Shown piece after piece: positions 33,301-41,470 of a stretch of 52,140 nt of DNA. Each line of letters opens with the position of its first letter. Position 1 is the first letter of the stretch. Both the position numbers and the translations under genes were made by a program. The DNA lies in IMG/VR virus record IMGVR_UViG_3300023181_000001, positions 94,509 through 146,648 of that record; one strand, written 5' to 3'. Origin of the DNA: a virus. Taxonomy: Duplodnaviria > Heunggongvirae > Uroviricota > Caudoviricetes. The notes beneath the pieces were generated by a model. That model was not told the origin of the DNA and ran no database searches. It saw only the letters and a list, made by a program, of their open reading frames with translations.

Positions 33301-35575
33301 TAGAATCAATCAGGTTTGTAAGTTTTGCAAGCCTGTCAGATAACCTCAAAACTTTAGTTCCTGTGTCAGTATCCCCTTGCGTGGTTTCCTGAATATTTCT
33401 TAACTGTTCTATAAGTCTTCTTCTTTGCTCCTCTAAAGAATTGCTTCTGTTTATAGCAATATTTACTTGATTTCTTTTTTCTTGAGTTACTGTTTCTAAG
33501 CTAGATATTGTATCTAAAGCCTTTACTTTTTCATAATCTAAAATCTGAGCCATTTCTTGAACAGCTTCCTTCATTGTAGTATGTGACCTCTGCCCGCCCA
33601 TCATTGTGAAAGCTAGACTTTGTATTAGAGCTTCTTGAGTGTTATTTGCCCCTAAAGAGGATAATTGATTTTCAGAATCTAATTCCTGTATTCCTGCAAC
33701 AGGGTTTCTACCTATTATGTATTCCGCAAACTGTCTGTTCTTTTTGAAAGATTTTGCAACTTCGGAGAACGCTGTTGACTGTTCTTGCTTCCAAGTGTCT
33801 AAATCAGTTTCTACTCCCATTTCTATTAGCTGGTCTTGCGTAACTGTTCCTAAAGCTTTTTCAATATCTAAACCTACGTCTGAAACAGAATCTCCTAACT
33901 GGTAACGGTTGTTTAAAAGTGAAAATATTACTCCGTCTTGTGCTATCCTAGCTTCTGTAAGATTGCCTCTTTTTTGGGCATCTTCTGACTGTTTATTAAA
34001 TCCGTTAATACGGTTCATCATCAAGAAATGCTCTGACAATGCTTTTGAAGTATAAGTTTCATTTAATTTTGAACGGTTCTCAAATTCTTGAACTTGCCTG
34101 TTTATACCTCCTCTTGTATTTCCTGTCCCAGCCTCTCCTAAAAGACCGATAATAATACCTACTCCATTCTCAACCCATCCTTCTTTTGAACCATATTGGT
34201 GAGAAATATTTTCATATAAAGCTCCTGCTAAATCAAAGGAATCTTTTGTGTTGTTTGTGTCATAGGCGTACTCTAGCCATTTTCCTGCTGTAGCTGAAGT
34301 AATTGATTGACCCCCTTCTTCATAAAGTCCCTCGGTTACTGCGTTTTGAACAAAGGGTAATATTCTTCTATTAATGGATTGGAGTCTTGAAGGCGTTGCT
34401 TTTCCTATTCCGTACAATGCTCTGTTGTACATCTCGCCAAAACCTGTTTTTACAGGTGATTTTAAATTAAATACTCTTCCTAGAGTTACTAAATTAGAAC
34501 TTCCTACCAAAGCCATGTTCACACCAAAAACTGCATTTGCAGAGGAGCTTAGATTTTCTTGGAAAGCTGTTATCTCTTCTTGGTCGGGTTGTCTTCCATT
34601 CTGTTCTTGAAAATTTCTATAAAAGTTTTCCTCCTGTTCTTTTTTATATTGCAGAGCTTCCACCGATGCTTCATATCCTGCCGAAGTCATTGTAAATCTT
34701 AAAGTGTTTAAAGCATCTCCCGCCTTACCAAAAGCTACAGCTCTTCCCACGTTTATAGAATCATCTACCAATCCCGTACCTACTCTTGCTATATCTTCTC
34801 CTACTGTGAGTGAATTTTTTAAAAGTCTTGAAAACTTTGAAGTGCCGCTAGCTATTCTTGCCATACCTGCTGTTCTTGTAGACCATCTTGCGGCAGTAGT
34901 AGCTAGAGAAGTTCCTCCTGTTGCATAAGCCCATATACCCTCTGATACAATTGCTCCTGCTGTAAAAGACAATCCTCCTAGAACTTTGTCCGCCCAAAAA
35001 TTAGAAGTGAATAATTGTCCTCCCAATCCTTTTTGCGTTTCCTGTTGCGTGTAGTAGTTAGGAAGATTGTAGTTCATTTTGGTATCTAAATCTCCTAACC
35101 AATTTGAAAAATTATTATCGTAAACAGAGTCAAATTTCCAATCTGCTATTCCTGCACCTGCGCCATAAACAACCCCTGCGGTTCCGCCTATGACTGCATT
35201 TAAAGTCTTTCCTCCAAATTTAGCTAAGCCATTAAGCCACTTTTCTCCTGTTCCTTGATTTTGTGCATGAATCTCATTATTGTTTGCTCCTTCTTTATAA
35301 GTATCATATTTTGCTATGTAAGTACCATCATTAAGTTGAGCATAAGCATCATTTATATTGTAATTTTTCGACTCTAATGCTATCTTTTGAGGGCTGTTAA
35401 TGGGAGCCTTATAAAAATAGTCATTATCGGTTTTAATATTGCTTATAATTCCATTAGTTTTAGAAGGGTCTATTTGAGGAGTACTTGCTCTAGTTCTAAT
35501 ATCTTGTTCAACTGCCTGAAGTTCTGGCGAAATAGTTTTATTATCTATAAGCGCATTTAAGTTGTTATCTGCCAT
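30341..35575 (-). CDS. very large ejection/cargo protein (1744 aa) with N-terminal Gly/Ala-rich hydrophobic helices
   Basis: TLNAVIGGTAGVVYGAGAGIA, VLGGLSFTAGAIVSEGIWAYATGG, TEGLYEEGGQ; helical body; ends in Cys. Confidence 0.75.
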   Translation of the reverse strand: MADNNLNALIDNKTISPELQAVEQDIRTRASTPQIDPSKTNGIISNIKTDNDYFYKAPINSPQKIALESKNYNINDAYAQLNDGTYIAKYDTYKEGANNNEIHAQNQGTGEKWLNGLAKFGGKTLNAVIGGTAGVVYGAGAGIADWKFDSVYDNNFSNWLGDLDTKMNYNLPNYYTQQETQKGLGGQLFTSNFWADKVLGGLSFTAGAIVSEGIWAYATGGTSLATTAARWSTRTAGMARIASGTSKFSRLLKNSLTVGEDIARVGTGLVDDSINVGRAVAFGKAGDALNTLRFTMTSAGYEASVEALQYKKEQEENFYRNFQEQNGRQPDQEEITAFQENLSSSANAVFGVNMALVGSSNLVTLGRVFNLKSPVKTGFGEMYNRALYGIGKATPSRLQSINRRILPFVQNAVTEGLYEEGGQSITSATAGKWLEYAYDTNNTKDSFDLAGALYENISHQYGSKEGWVENGVGIIIGLLGEAGTGNTRGGINRQVQEFENRSKLNETYTSKALSEHFLMMNRINGFNKQSEDAQKRGNLTEARIAQDGVIFSLLNNRYQLGDSVSDVGLDIEKALGTVTQDQLIEMGVETDLDTWKQEQSTAFSEVAKSFKKNRQFAEYIIGRNPVAGIQELDSENQLSSLGANNTQEALIQSLAFTMMGGQRSHTTMKEAVQEMAQILDYEKVKALDTISSLETVTQEKRNQVNIAINRSNSLEEQRRRLIEQLRNIQETTQGDTDTGTKVLRLSDRLAKLTNLIDSNNTELQQLADEVNLNNKTLEQTTGVNLNQGLDIQNISVEDLKNLDSNTKNLGSVMDAIKASNPENSARLEAILEEYKNSRKTFGAYQSTVLAFRDGKVNIDNINTLVGRKVLKKNKNLDSATKEWLSEILGNYSKQAVDALNELTKINNRTTVISNESIVDKRRRGDTLSEEEQTYYNENKTEIDTFMKREPMLPVVPLPTAKTKLQYLRERLANLVSRSNNSLTFIGTSTDEFLLEKPTQAEVEEYQNLLRGETGEKATLYQKLDNLYETLLANGNSESEAERLALESLTEEERNLLRQRSPKRREVENSSELIVGQRVSTLTDRGTVTSIEGELVTIDLDQKGTLTANPRLVEIFTQPSVVNVDRLELLREKLSNWKVLDSFINEEGLTMADLAELIQQQQQNISEQETITEITEDDSYAMTQESQAGEKLDDYTLAQNVTGNATIKRNKDGSVTLHHISAQSLVNIIGEPFQATRKDKPIDISQIAIGDIVTTESGLMFSIEPGNILKMRSEAFDNIPLLVVRSASTSWTYADLYYFNGSEYVKKPSDFFEDIQADEIYNLEQGAPIRFEIDRQDSYTKQLLDKYKKSPNEENRKALTDGIKIYLVSKGKRISTLKGERGASPDNFKLLREKAFELAIQDSYEVDLEATSTVSAVFLGSPQFFISEDGQLESRPFTETSLDKVLTKGYILNGEIVTSEDLPQVNTSYVSKISRKYPQRKMPLVVVKRGENYVALPIFLNKSPLGQRGLDMVENALETATSPIEIAKNLNALINQEGVRTEKILPQEVTDENLERIRTVFQEHLIFTTADEIASQDYNKANLLVDAQMYIDADNLEQVINAPKVRIDIQNMLFNQEATFDTSDVKTSVENELDTLAKDLYNDFIRNASTTYVNSKGDIIENSYTDAFDEESMLESNSHLDKLHNIRILREAFKVDFSKNKILRDAVGNDKIERIKILFGILDNINKQVKPKEDILKSGNNNTKC

Positions 35576-38213
35576 TATTCATAATTCTATTAAATGCGTT
35601 TTTATTATTTGTAGCCAAGTCTCTTAAAAAGAAATCTAGGACTATTGTATGGGGATAATTTTGAGCAATATTTAAAAATTGGGTTTCTAAATTTTTCTGC
35701 CCTAATTTTCCACCTCTGTAATCCGCACCTGTCTCTTTATCTTCTAGAGACATATACCATTCACCATCTAAAGGTTCCAAATCAATTTTATATTGAGATA
35801 GACGGCTTGAAATATGTTCTGTAACTTGCTGTATTTGTTCGGGAGTAAAGTTATTTCTTAAAACATTTGAATAAGCCTCTTCCGTATTAGTTTTAGTCAA
35901 GTAATTTGCTGGGTTTGCGAAAAATGCTTTTCCTATATAGTTAGGAGGAGTGTTTTTTAATAGGTAATCTGCAATTTTAGGCGCGTACTTTCCGTCATCT
36001 TTTATATACGCTGGATTTTTTGCAATACTTATTTTTTCTTTTGCTACTTCTGCACTGAGTCCTCTTGAAGATTCATTCATATCTAAGCTTTGTCTTAGGA
36101 ATTCATATCCTGCCATTTTAGGAGTCAGTACAGCTGTTGCTTTTTTAATCTGTCCCATTTTCTCATTAAAACCGACATTTTGCTCTACTACAAATGAAGG
36201 GCTTCCATCTACAATTCTTTGATATACTGTTATTTTTTTCTTTGGGTCAAATGGTCTACTCTCTTCCGTTGTAGGAATCATTGATATAAGTCTTTGATTT
36301 TGACTTTCATTACTAAGAGTTGCTTGATTGGCACTTCCATAAGAAGTCATCACTCCTGTAGATTTAAGAAGTTCTCCTGCTTTTGCCTCCACATCTCTAG
36401 CGAACGTCATATTCCCTAATCTAAAATTCAGATTATATTCTTTTTCTTGCGAAAGTTTACCATAAAGGTCTCTAAATTTTTCTAGTCTCGCATTATTGCT
36501 TCCTATACTCTTTAAATTTCTCTCTCCCCCTACTTCATTTATGAACTTTCTTGCTTCAGCTGTTAAATTCTGTACTCTTTCCGAACCTCCTCCAATACCG
36601 AATAATCCTGTTATAAATCCGTCATCTTCCATCTCCAAAGCTTTTATTTTTTCAACAAATTCACTAATGTATTTTTGGGGAGCACTGTTAAAAAGTTCTT
36701 TGGAAGCGGAGCCTATAGTGTTATTATAATCTAAGGCTGAATTATCAGCTAATGTTTTCAATCTTACAATCTCCGCTGCTTTATCAGGATTAGATAAATA
36801 CATTTTTGAGTCTTCAAAAGCTTTAGACATAGCCGTTGCCTTATCTATAGTTGGCTGTTTATTTGCATTTAACAAGTTCCCCTCTGGCGTGTATCCCATA
36901 GCATTCATAGATGCCGAGTATTGGTCTTTTATTTCACTTGCTGTAGCGTTAGATTTGTATATATCTAAGATATTTTCTGTAAGCTGTCCTTGTGTTAATT
37001 TATAGTTTTCTGTAACTTGTTCTATCGGGTCAATATTAGGGGCTGTTTCTGCTGTGAGTGGCGATTCACTAATGCCTTCCATGCCATAGAGACCTCCTGT
37101 AGTTCCAGCTTTTTGTTGTTTTAGTGCTAACTCTGCTCTTTTTATATCTAGCTCTTCTGTTTTTAACTGTAGATTTTGACGTGCAAAGTAAGCTTTGTCT
37201 TCGGATATACTTACACTCTCAGATGCTCCTGCACTTGTTGCCAATGCTTTTACATAATCATTCTTTTTGACAAAATATCCCTTCTCTTCTAAAGTTGCCG
37301 TTGCACTATTTTTCAAGAAATTCTCTTTTTCCGCTCTGAAAGCCCTTAATTGCTGTCTGGCTGTTTCTCTTTCTTCTTCCGTATTCTGCTTATTATTTAC
37401 CTTAGTCTCTAATAGATTTATACTTGAATCAAGCTGTTCTTTTTTATTTTCCGTGTATTGCGAAAATTCTGAGTCTAGTTGTTGCGGATTTTGCTTACCT
37501 GTCCACCAACCCTCTATCCTCATCTGCATATCATCTTCTGAAGTCATCATGCCTGGAACATAATCTACAATTTCTTGAGGTGTTAAACCACTTAATTTTT
37601 TAGTTATCAGTGTTCCTTCAGGATAGCCATTTAACCCATTTCCTTGTATTTGGACTTCCCTGTCGCCTCTGACATCTTTCAAAGTCTTCATCCTATCCAA
37701 AAGATTTTTATTGTAATCAGAATAATTATGGTAAGAAAAACTGCCCAAAGAATTTGTGGCTCCTTCCATATACTGATTCAATCCTGCCTTATCTAAAGCA
37801 AACTGATAGTTTATCTGATGGAATTTGTCAGGATTTTTCTTCTGTATGTCCTGCATTTGTGCTTGGAACTGCTGATATTTCACTGTGTTTGACGCGGCCT
37901 CTACTACAAATGGATCCCTCGCTACTGACTTTATAGTGGAATAGAAATTTGAAGCTACATTCGGATTAGATAGATCCTTATCCTGCATATTATCCAAAGA
38001 AGCTGTCATACCTCTAATCTTAGAATTTAAGTATTCTGTATCTTGCGGTCTTAAAAGTTTTAAGTTTTCAAGAGAAGATAATCCTGCTTGGACTTGTGCA
38101 TCCGCCTGATTGTACGTACCCTGTTTTACCTGCAATACTTGCTGTATCAGAGGCAGATTAATGCTCGTTGTTACGGGAGCTAGGGTTATGTCTTTTGATG
38201 TGTAGTTTGACAA
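35565..38213 (-). CDS. ejection/cargo protein (882 aa)
   Basis: Helical coiled-coil composition; position between cargo genes; crAss-like layout. Confidence 0.65.
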   Translation of the reverse strand: MSNYTSKDITLAPVTTSINLPLIQQVLQVKQGTYNQADAQVQAGLSSLENLKLLRPQDTEYLNSKIRGMTASLDNMQDKDLSNPNVASNFYSTIKSVARDPFVVEAASNTVKYQQFQAQMQDIQKKNPDKFHQINYQFALDKAGLNQYMEGATNSLGSFSYHNYSDYNKNLLDRMKTLKDVRGDREVQIQGNGLNGYPEGTLITKKLSGLTPQEIVDYVPGMMTSEDDMQMRIEGWWTGKQNPQQLDSEFSQYTENKKEQLDSSINLLETKVNNKQNTEEERETARQQLRAFRAEKENFLKNSATATLEEKGYFVKKNDYVKALATSAGASESVSISEDKAYFARQNLQLKTEELDIKRAELALKQQKAGTTGGLYGMEGISESPLTAETAPNIDPIEQVTENYKLTQGQLTENILDIYKSNATASEIKDQYSASMNAMGYTPEGNLLNANKQPTIDKATAMSKAFEDSKMYLSNPDKAAEIVRLKTLADNSALDYNNTIGSASKELFNSAPQKYISEFVEKIKALEMEDDGFITGLFGIGGGSERVQNLTAEARKFINEVGGERNLKSIGSNNARLEKFRDLYGKLSQEKEYNLNFRLGNMTFARDVEAKAGELLKSTGVMTSYGSANQATLSNESQNQRLISMIPTTEESRPFDPKKKITVYQRIVDGSPSFVVEQNVGFNEKMGQIKKATAVLTPKMAGYEFLRQSLDMNESSRGLSAEVAKEKISIAKNPAYIKDDGKYAPKIADYLLKNTPPNYIGKAFFANPANYLTKTNTEEAYSNVLRNNFTPEQIQQVTEHISSRLSQYKIDLEPLDGEWYMSLEDKETGADYRGGKLGQKNLETQFLNIAQNYPHTIVLDFFLRDLATNNKNAFNRIMNNGR

Positions 38214-38226
38214 TTGTTTAGAATTT

Positions 38227-38262
38227 AAATAAAAATGCCCACTTCTTGATGTAAAGCAGGCA
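38227..38262 (-). terminator. intrinsic terminator after the 1053-aa gene
   Basis: 9-bp stem TGCCTGCTT/AAGTGGGCA (two G-U pairs), 9-nt loop, then TTTTTATTT. Confidence 0.6.
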
Positions 38263-38292
38263 AATTTAATGATTTAATTTGAGTTATACAAA
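38261..38292 (-). promoter_or_regulatory. canonical Bacteroidota promoter TTTG-N20-TAAATTTG
   Basis: -33 TTTG at 38289-38292, -7 at 38261-38268, 20-nt spacer. Confidence 0.75.
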
Positions 38293-38308
38293 TTCGTTAA
38301 TTGAAAAT

Positions 38309-41300
38309 TTATCGAGAAGCTATGTTTGAAGTCTTATATCCAGACTTATACTGCTTGTAGTTCTGACTTTGCTGGAATTTAACAAAATCTTGCGGTGAAA
38401 GGTATGTAAAATCTCTTCCCTCCTGTGGTTGGGCTCTTGCTGTGAAAGTTTCAGGTCTATTATTGAGCCATACTTTTTTATAGTCTCCTACGATAACTCC
38501 GCCATCAGGTGTATACCTGTTAGTTCCCGAAGTTATATCTGCAATCATATCCGTTTCAAGATTCACTCTTGGTCTTTGAGGAGCTTGCTGATATTGAGGT
38601 GTCTGATTTGCCCCTTGCTGTCTGAAATACTCTCTTGCAAAATCTTCTGTGAAACCTGTTGCTTGTGCCACTTCTCTAGCTTGCTGGTCAGTCATAGGTT
38701 GGGCACCATCTTCAAACTCATAAATATAACCACCATCTTGTTTTTTCGCAATTACACTGTTTCTGTATGCAATTTGCTCTTGAGGAGTTGCATTTCTATA
38801 CCAATTATCAAACTGTATGTCCTCTTCACTTCTAGTTGAATAGTCTCTCGGATTTGAAAAATACACATTTGATCCATCAGTTTGATAATTAGGTGTCATT
38901 GCATTTGTCAAGTTCAGATTATTTACGTCCATCCAATTCTGCTTGTTTTGCAATTGCTTGTTTACTAAATATCTGCTCCAAGCCTGCTCTTGATTATCAA
39001 TAGTCTTGAATAACCTTTGCTCATAATTTTGACCAAGATTTATATTCATCAACTGTTCTTTATCACCTACATTTGCATTATAAGTATTTGCTCTGTTAAC
39101 TGCTTCGGCATTATAAGCGTCTGTTTCTGCTATTGCTTTGTTTACAGACTGTTGTGTTGTTCCTAGATTTGTAGCTGTTAGAAAAGGTGCAAGATTTGGA
39201 TTTGACTGAAATGCCTGTTGGTTTACAAAATTAGTCTGATTATTTATTGCGGCTATTGAAGCCTCTGGTGTTCTTAAAGTAGGTTCTAGCCTATTAAATC
39301 TTACTTGGTCTGCTCTTGGAATAAGCGCGGCACTAGGAGTAAGTCCTTCAACTACGGGCAACATAGGAATTACATTTCTTCCTCTCTGTGCGGAATTCTG
39401 TTGAGTATTATTATCAGTAGCTTGGACATCCTGAGCAGTCATTACTTGCTCTTGAAATCCATTTCCGCTTGGTTGTGCCAAAGAAGCATTTATTGCTTGG
39501 GCTTGAGGAGTTATTGAAGAAAGTGAATTCGCACTTACTTGTGGAAATCTGTAGTCTACTTTACCGTCTGCAAATTGTTCTAAAATAAATTTATCATCTA
39601 AAGGAATAGCTTCTTGAATTGCTCTTTTTTCTTCTAAGGTAAAACTATTAGGACTTCTATTCGTATCTATGCCTAAGTTTTTAAGAGATGTCTTATTATT
39701 CTTCAAGAGTATTTCCATACCTTTGTTAGTAATAGGTTGCTCGTCAAAGTACCTTATTACTTCTTCTGGTGCATTTTTCACAAACCAATTTTGAAGTTCT
39801 GTCCAATTTTTTGTGATATCTCCTTTCTCTAAATCAAGTTTTGGAGGTTCCACTCCTTTTGACTGTGCTATTAAATTAGCAGATTTTAAAAAGTCGCCTA
39901 TTCTTGCTCCTGGCTCTCCTGCTACGCCCCCCTCTGCCATTTGAGGTTGTTGTTCCGATTGGGAAGCTTGAATGATTTGAGATGCTTCGTCTTCTGAGTA
40001 TCCCATTGACAAAAGATTGTTAACTATTTCTTCAATAGGAGTTCCCTGAGCAACTGCTTGCTGAACTTGAACTACTATGTCATTTGGATTTATTTCTTCT
40101 TCCTGAGCGGCTGGTGCTACAGTTTCTCCTCCCTCTTGTAAAAAGCTCCCTTTCTGAGATTCCTGCTTATCAAAAATTGTTTTGAAAGCTTCTTGTTGTT
40201 GCGTGTTCAATTCTTCTTTTTCTTGTTCTATTCTAGCTGTTTCTTGTTGAATGAAATCTAAATTTATTTGTTTAGTATCTGTTTCTTCTAGTTTTAAGGT
40301 TTCTTCTGTTTGGTTCACTAATTTTTCTCCCTCTTCTATATTTTTTTCTACGCCAATTTTCTTTGAATATTTGTCTAAAACATCTGCAAAAGTATTTTTA
40401 GCCTTCACTTTAATATCTAATTCTTTAGATAACTCTTTAGCATTTTTTGCACCGATTTTTGTATGGTCTGATAAAACTTGCGAACCTTCGGGCAGATTAG
40501 TTTTAATTCCTCCTTTTTCGTGAGTTTCTCCGATAGCTTTTTGTACTTGGCCATCTTTTGCATTCAACACAAATTCATTTTTTTCTATTTCAACATTTTG
40601 ATCCGATGAGTCAGTAATATATTTACCACTTAGAAACTTCCCTACACTTACCGACCCTCCTTTTTGCATATAATCTACAAATCCCCCTTTTTCTAGAGGT
40701 GTTGAGTTGTAAATAGGTTGATTATTCTGCTGATTCATAAGGTTTCTCTGTTCCTTCCCTGCTCCGTATGCACTAAATCCCTGCCTAGATAAGCCTAATA
40801 GTCCTTTTCCAAAACCTAGTGTGGCTTGACCTCCGTTCCCTTGCCCAGCGTTATAGAAACCGTATTGTAAGGCTGCTGATACATCTACTCCTCCAAATGG
40901 ATTGAATAGTTTAAGAGGCTGTTCTGCCTGTTGTTTATTATAATTTGTTTGTGCGTCTAAAGCTTGCCCTGCTGTTACGTCATTACCCGAAGTATTAAAT
41001 TGGTAGCCTCCTTGGGTATTCAAATTTGATATGTTTCTTTGGGGTGATTTATAATTTGAACTGATTGCCCCTAATTGAGGTGTTGAACCATCATCGTAGG
41101 CATTCAGTGGCGGTGTCTGGACTGTTGATGTATTTTGTGCTATTGGAGTCACTGGGTTTTGTGCGGATTGGATATTTTGACTCATGGTTTTAGTCAAATC
41201 CGAAAGCCAGTTTATGTCAGGTGCGGGAGCTTGGGCTGGTGCATATCCGCTATTCACACTCATCCCATAATAAGGATTTGCCTGCTGATATTGCAAATCG

Positions 41301-41470
41301 GGATTATACCCACTATAGACTGACATTCCCGAATTCGGATTTTGTTGGTTTTGTGGAAATTGGAACGGTGAAAAATAATCATATCTTGACATAGGATTAT
41401 TTGGATCAAATCCTCCGCCAAATTGCATTTTTGGTAATGTAAGGAATTTTTTTAAATTATCTAAGCTCAT
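38309..41470 (-). CDS. Gln/Pro-rich modular cargo protein (1053 aa) with repeated x-[QEA]-x-GG motifs
   Basis: Low-complexity linkers; VEIEKNE...GETHEKGG block; seven GG motifs. Confidence 0.7.
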   Translation of the reverse strand: MSLDNLKKFLTLPKMQFGGGFDPNNPMSRYDYFSPFQFPQNQQNPNSGMSVYSGYNPDLQYQQANPYYGMSVNSGYAPAQAPAPDINWLSDLTKTMSQNIQSAQNPVTPIAQNTSTVQTPPLNAYDDGSTPQLGAISSNYKSPQRNISNLNTQGGYQFNTSGNDVTAGQALDAQTNYNKQQAEQPLKLFNPFGGVDVSAALQYGFYNAGQGNGGQATLGFGKGLLGLSRQGFSAYGAGKEQRNLMNQQNNQPIYNSTPLEKGGFVDYMQKGGSVSVGKFLSGKYITDSSDQNVEIEKNEFVLNAKDGQVQKAIGETHEKGGIKTNLPEGSQVLSDHTKIGAKNAKELSKELDIKVKAKNTFADVLDKYSKKIGVEKNIEEGEKLVNQTEETLKLEETDTKQINLDFIQQETARIEQEKEELNTQQQEAFKTIFDKQESQKGSFLQEGGETVAPAAQEEEINPNDIVVQVQQAVAQGTPIEEIVNNLLSMGYSEDEASQIIQASQSEQQPQMAEGGVAGEPGARIGDFLKSANLIAQSKGVEPPKLDLEKGDITKNWTELQNWFVKNAPEEVIRYFDEQPITNKGMEILLKNNKTSLKNLGIDTNRSPNSFTLEEKRAIQEAIPLDDKFILEQFADGKVDYRFPQVSANSLSSITPQAQAINASLAQPSGNGFQEQVMTAQDVQATDNNTQQNSAQRGRNVIPMLPVVEGLTPSAALIPRADQVRFNRLEPTLRTPEASIAAINNQTNFVNQQAFQSNPNLAPFLTATNLGTTQQSVNKAIAETDAYNAEAVNRANTYNANVGDKEQLMNINLGQNYEQRLFKTIDNQEQAWSRYLVNKQLQNKQNWMDVNNLNLTNAMTPNYQTDGSNVYFSNPRDYSTRSEEDIQFDNWYRNATPQEQIAYRNSVIAKKQDGGYIYEFEDGAQPMTDQQAREVAQATGFTEDFAREYFRQQGANQTPQYQQAPQRPRVNLETDMIADITSGTNRYTPDGGVIVGDYKKVWLNNRPETFTARAQPQEGRDFTYLSPQDFVKFQQSQNYKQYKSGYKTSNIASR

